Of a DNA stretch of 64,000 nt, positions 61,907 to 64,000 are shown piece after piece; position 1 is the first letter of the stretch; the number at the start of each line of letters is the position of its first letter. The stretch comes from an uncultured SAR86 cluster bacterium (GTDB lineage: Bacteria; Pseudomonadota; Gammaproteobacteria; Magnimaribacterales; Magnimaribacteraceae): assembly GCA_902574355.1 (NCBI GenBank), contig CACGNN010000007.1:1721-65720 (forward strand). Direction: 5' to 3'. The position numbers and the translations under genes are program-made. The notes under the pieces are model-generated. The model saw nothing but the letters and a program-made list of their open reading frames with translations. It had not been told where the DNA came from and ran no database searches.

Positions 61907-63624
61907 TAATCTAGTCCTAATTCTTTTATGGCATCTTCTCGCATTTGTTTTTTTGCAATTTTTCCAGCTGCTACTTTTGGTAATTCCTCGGCTTGAAACC
62001 ATGTATATTCAGGTATCTTAAATTTAGCTATTTTTGCTGCTAAAAATGATGAAAGATCCTCTTCTGAAAGTTCTGCTCCAGGATTAAGAGATATCCTTGT
62101 TGCTAGTTTTTCTCCTAGCCTTTCATCTGGAATACCAAAGACGGATGCTTCTCTAACAGAAGGATGCTCATAGATTGCAGCTTCTATCTCTAAACAAGCT
62201 ATGTTTTCTCCACCTCTTATGACAATATCTTTGATTCTGTCTTTAATATAAAGGAATCCATCTTCATCAATAATGCCTACATCACCACTTCTAAACCAAC
62301 CTTCACTGTCTAAAACTTCATTAGTCGCTTCTTCATTCTTAAGATAACATCTGAAATTACATGTCGATTTAATGGCCACTTCTCCAAGTTCATTGGGTCC
62401 CAGCTTATTACCTTCTTCGTCCATAATTTTTATGAGATTTAAAAAAGGAGTAGGATAGCCAGCAGTACTTGGTCTCTCATACAAAGTCATTCCACTAGCA
62501 TTCGTCGCATGAGCGTTAGTTTCAGTAAGTCCATAGCCTACGGTAGCAACTTTATCTGGATGTTCTTTCTCTTGAGCTTTAATTTGTTCAGGAGGTCTTG
62601 CTGCTCCTCCAGAACCTAATCCTTTTAGGCTCGAAATGTCTATTTCTGGATTATCTTTATGTGCTTGCAGAACTTCTGCTGACATAGTTGGTACGCCAGT
62701 CATATCAGTCACTTTATGTTTTTCAATAAGACGTAAAGCTTCCACGGCATCCCATTTATACATAAAAACAATCTTTCTCGCTGTTACCAAAGACAATAAA
62801 AAGACAGCATGAGAACCTGTTACATGGAATAAGGGTACTGCAGCAATTGTGCAAGGATTTTCACCAGAAATTGGAGACGGCAAAGGCTCTCCATCAACTT
62901 CAATTTGCGTAGCAAGTTGACCCATAAGCGCCCAGGTAATTGGAGCAGATACTACTGCTCTGTGAGTAGAAACTACACCTTTTGGATAACCTGTACTGCC
63001 AGATGTATACATAATACTTGCATCATCTTCAGGATCAATTTCAACCTCAGGAAAAGCATCCATCGGCGACACAACTTCATCAAAAGCTGCTGTGTTTGTA
63101 AATTTACTTGCATCACAACGCACTGCTATACGAGGCATCTCTTCCACATGACCTTCTAATCTTTGAAGTCTCTCTTCATCAGCTATGAATATTGATGATT
63201 CACTATGAGTTAAACCATAATCAAGTTCCTCACCTTGCCACCATGAGTTTAAGGGAACTGCTACAGCTCCGATTGAGGTAACAGCAATATAACTGTATAT
63301 CCATTCTGGATAATTCCTCATAGAAAAAGCAACCTTATCTCCTTTTTTAATGCCGTATTTATCCATAAGGGTATGTGCTAGTCCGGCAGCAGTATTTAGA
63401 ACCTCTTGATAACTATACGTTTCATCCTCATACGCCAAAAAATCCCACTCTCCATGTATTAGTGGAAATTGAAAATAATCTCTTAATGTTTGAGGTAAGT
63501 TAGCAAATACATGATATTTGTTACCTCTAATGGTTTCTTCTTTAAGTTCGAACAAACCTTCTTTTGTAAATTCTTTAGTTAAACTTTCTCTGCCTTCTAT
63601 TTTAATAAATTCCTTTATATCCAT
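61906..63624 (-). CDS. AMP-dependent acyl-CoA synthetase/ligase
   Basis: 572 aa. AMP-binding motif MYTSGSTGYPKGV, GYGLTET, and the C-terminal GKIAKK lysine. Confidence 0.9.
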   Translation of the reverse strand: MDIKEFIKIEGRESLTKEFTKEGLFELKEETIRGNKYHVFANLPQTLRDYFQFPLIHGEWDFLAYEDETYSYQEVLNTAAGLAHTLMDKYGIKKGDKVAFSMRNYPEWIYSYIAVTSIGAVAVPLNSWWQGEELDYGLTHSESSIFIADEERLQRLEGHVEEMPRIAVRCDASKFTNTAAFDEVVSPMDAFPEVEIDPEDDASIMYTSGSTGYPKGVVSTHRAVVSAPITWALMGQLATQIEVDGEPLPSPISGENPCTIAAVPLFHVTGSHAVFLLSLVTARKIVFMYKWDAVEALRLIEKHKVTDMTGVPTMSAEVLQAHKDNPEIDISSLKGLGSGGAARPPEQIKAQEKEHPDKVATVGYGLTETNAHATNASGMTLYERPSTAGYPTPFLNLIKIMDEEGNKLGPNELGEVAIKSTCNFRCYLKNEEATNEVLDSEGWFRSGDVGIIDEDGFLYIKDRIKDIVIRGGENIACLEIEAAIYEHPSVREASVFGIPDERLGEKLATRISLNPGAELSEEDLSSFLAAKIAKFKIPEYTWFQAEELPKVAAGKIAKKQMREDAIKELGLD

Positions 63625-63628
63625 GATT

Positions 63629-64000
63629 TTATTTCCCTGTAAATTTTGCTTCTCTTTTTTCTACAAAATGTGAAACACCTTCTTTGAAATCCTCAGACTT
63701 AAAACTATCAAGCATTGCTTGCATTGAACTATCTAGATTCTCTTGAATTGTTTCTCCCTGAGCGTTATAAATTTGCTGCTTCATAATTCGAAGTGATCGT
63801 GGTGAAACATTTTTTGCTAGATCGGCTGCATAATTAAAAACTTCGCTATCGAATTCATCTTCAGAAAAGGTTTGATTAACTATACCCATATTTTCAGCCT
63901 CTTCAGCAGTAAACTTTCTTGAAGAAAACAAAATATCATTTGCTCTCGCAATACCTACGAGTCTAGGAAGAATCCATCCAACACCCCATTCAGCTATAAG
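63629..64000 (-). CDS. enoyl-CoA hydratase/isomerase family protein, C-terminal part (5' end beyond the window)
   Basis: The frame stays open to base 64000 (LIAEWGVGWILPRLVGIARANDILFSSRKFTAEEAENMGIVNQ ...). The tracked start is an internal TTG. The C-terminal EGVSHFVEKREAKF is typical of crotonases. Confidence 0.85.
   Translation of the reverse strand, partial: LIAEWGVGWILPRLVGIARANDILFSSRKFTAEEAENMGIVNQTFSEDEFDSEVFNYAADLAKNVSPRSLRIMKQQIYNAQGETIQENLDSSMQAMLDSFKSEDFKEGVSHFVEKREAKFTGK

Noticed and set aside
1-64000. CRISPR arrays, rRNA genes, IS elements, large tandem or dispersed repeats
   Set aside because: Reading through the window, I saw no regularly spaced direct repeats, no 16S/23S/5S-like sequence and no transposase-like ORF. 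The only repeats noticed are the short motifs reported above. A visual scan cannot exclude short or degenerate repeats.

Overview
AT-rich (by eye about one-third G+C; not computed), very gene-dense chromosomal segment. It looks like a streamlined free-living marine gammaproteobacterium: csrA followed by tRNA-Arg(ACG), slyX, two-domain queF, a yadGH-like ABC pair, bolA and trhO. A SAR86-like origin is only a guess. I call about 72 protein genes, three single-copy tRNA genes (Ser-GGA, Arg-ACG, Gly-UCC) and one gene missing from the ORF track (csrA, 55 aa). I found no rRNA, CRISPR, integrase, transposase or phage genes. Content is mostly small-molecule uptake and catabolism: three GPH-type symporters, GH3 and GH13 glycosidases, six SDRs, two family III CoA-transferases, crotonases, an acyl-CoA synthetase, three VOC-fold proteins, an amidase and a haloalkane dehalogenase. 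Housekeeping genes (pyk, ogt, tatD, queF, dcp, pcs) are interspersed. Most neighbours are under 20 nt apart or overlap (ATGA/TAATG), and several convergent pairs share stop codons, so spacing is weak evidence for operons. Most interesting observations: (1) the 271-nt gap at 4106..4376 ends in the only canonical intrinsic terminator I found. It folds into several hairpins with 7 GGA motifs, including two loop-exposed CAGGAG, so it is a candidate Csr/Rsm-type CsrA-sponge sRNA. (2) A near-consensus CsrA-binding hairpin lies at 41271..41286. (3) A GPH symporter - rhomboid - cysteine-rich DUF3604 - GPH symporter module. (4) A Gfo/Idh/MocA-aldo-keto-reductase fusion next to a candidate MIOX/PhnZ-type HD oxygenase. 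(5) An 11-kb block (53.2-64 kb) whose enzymes resemble a hybrid of gentisate/hydroquinone and Lin/Pcp-type organohalogen pathways. All functional calls come from reading motifs by eye; no database search was possible.
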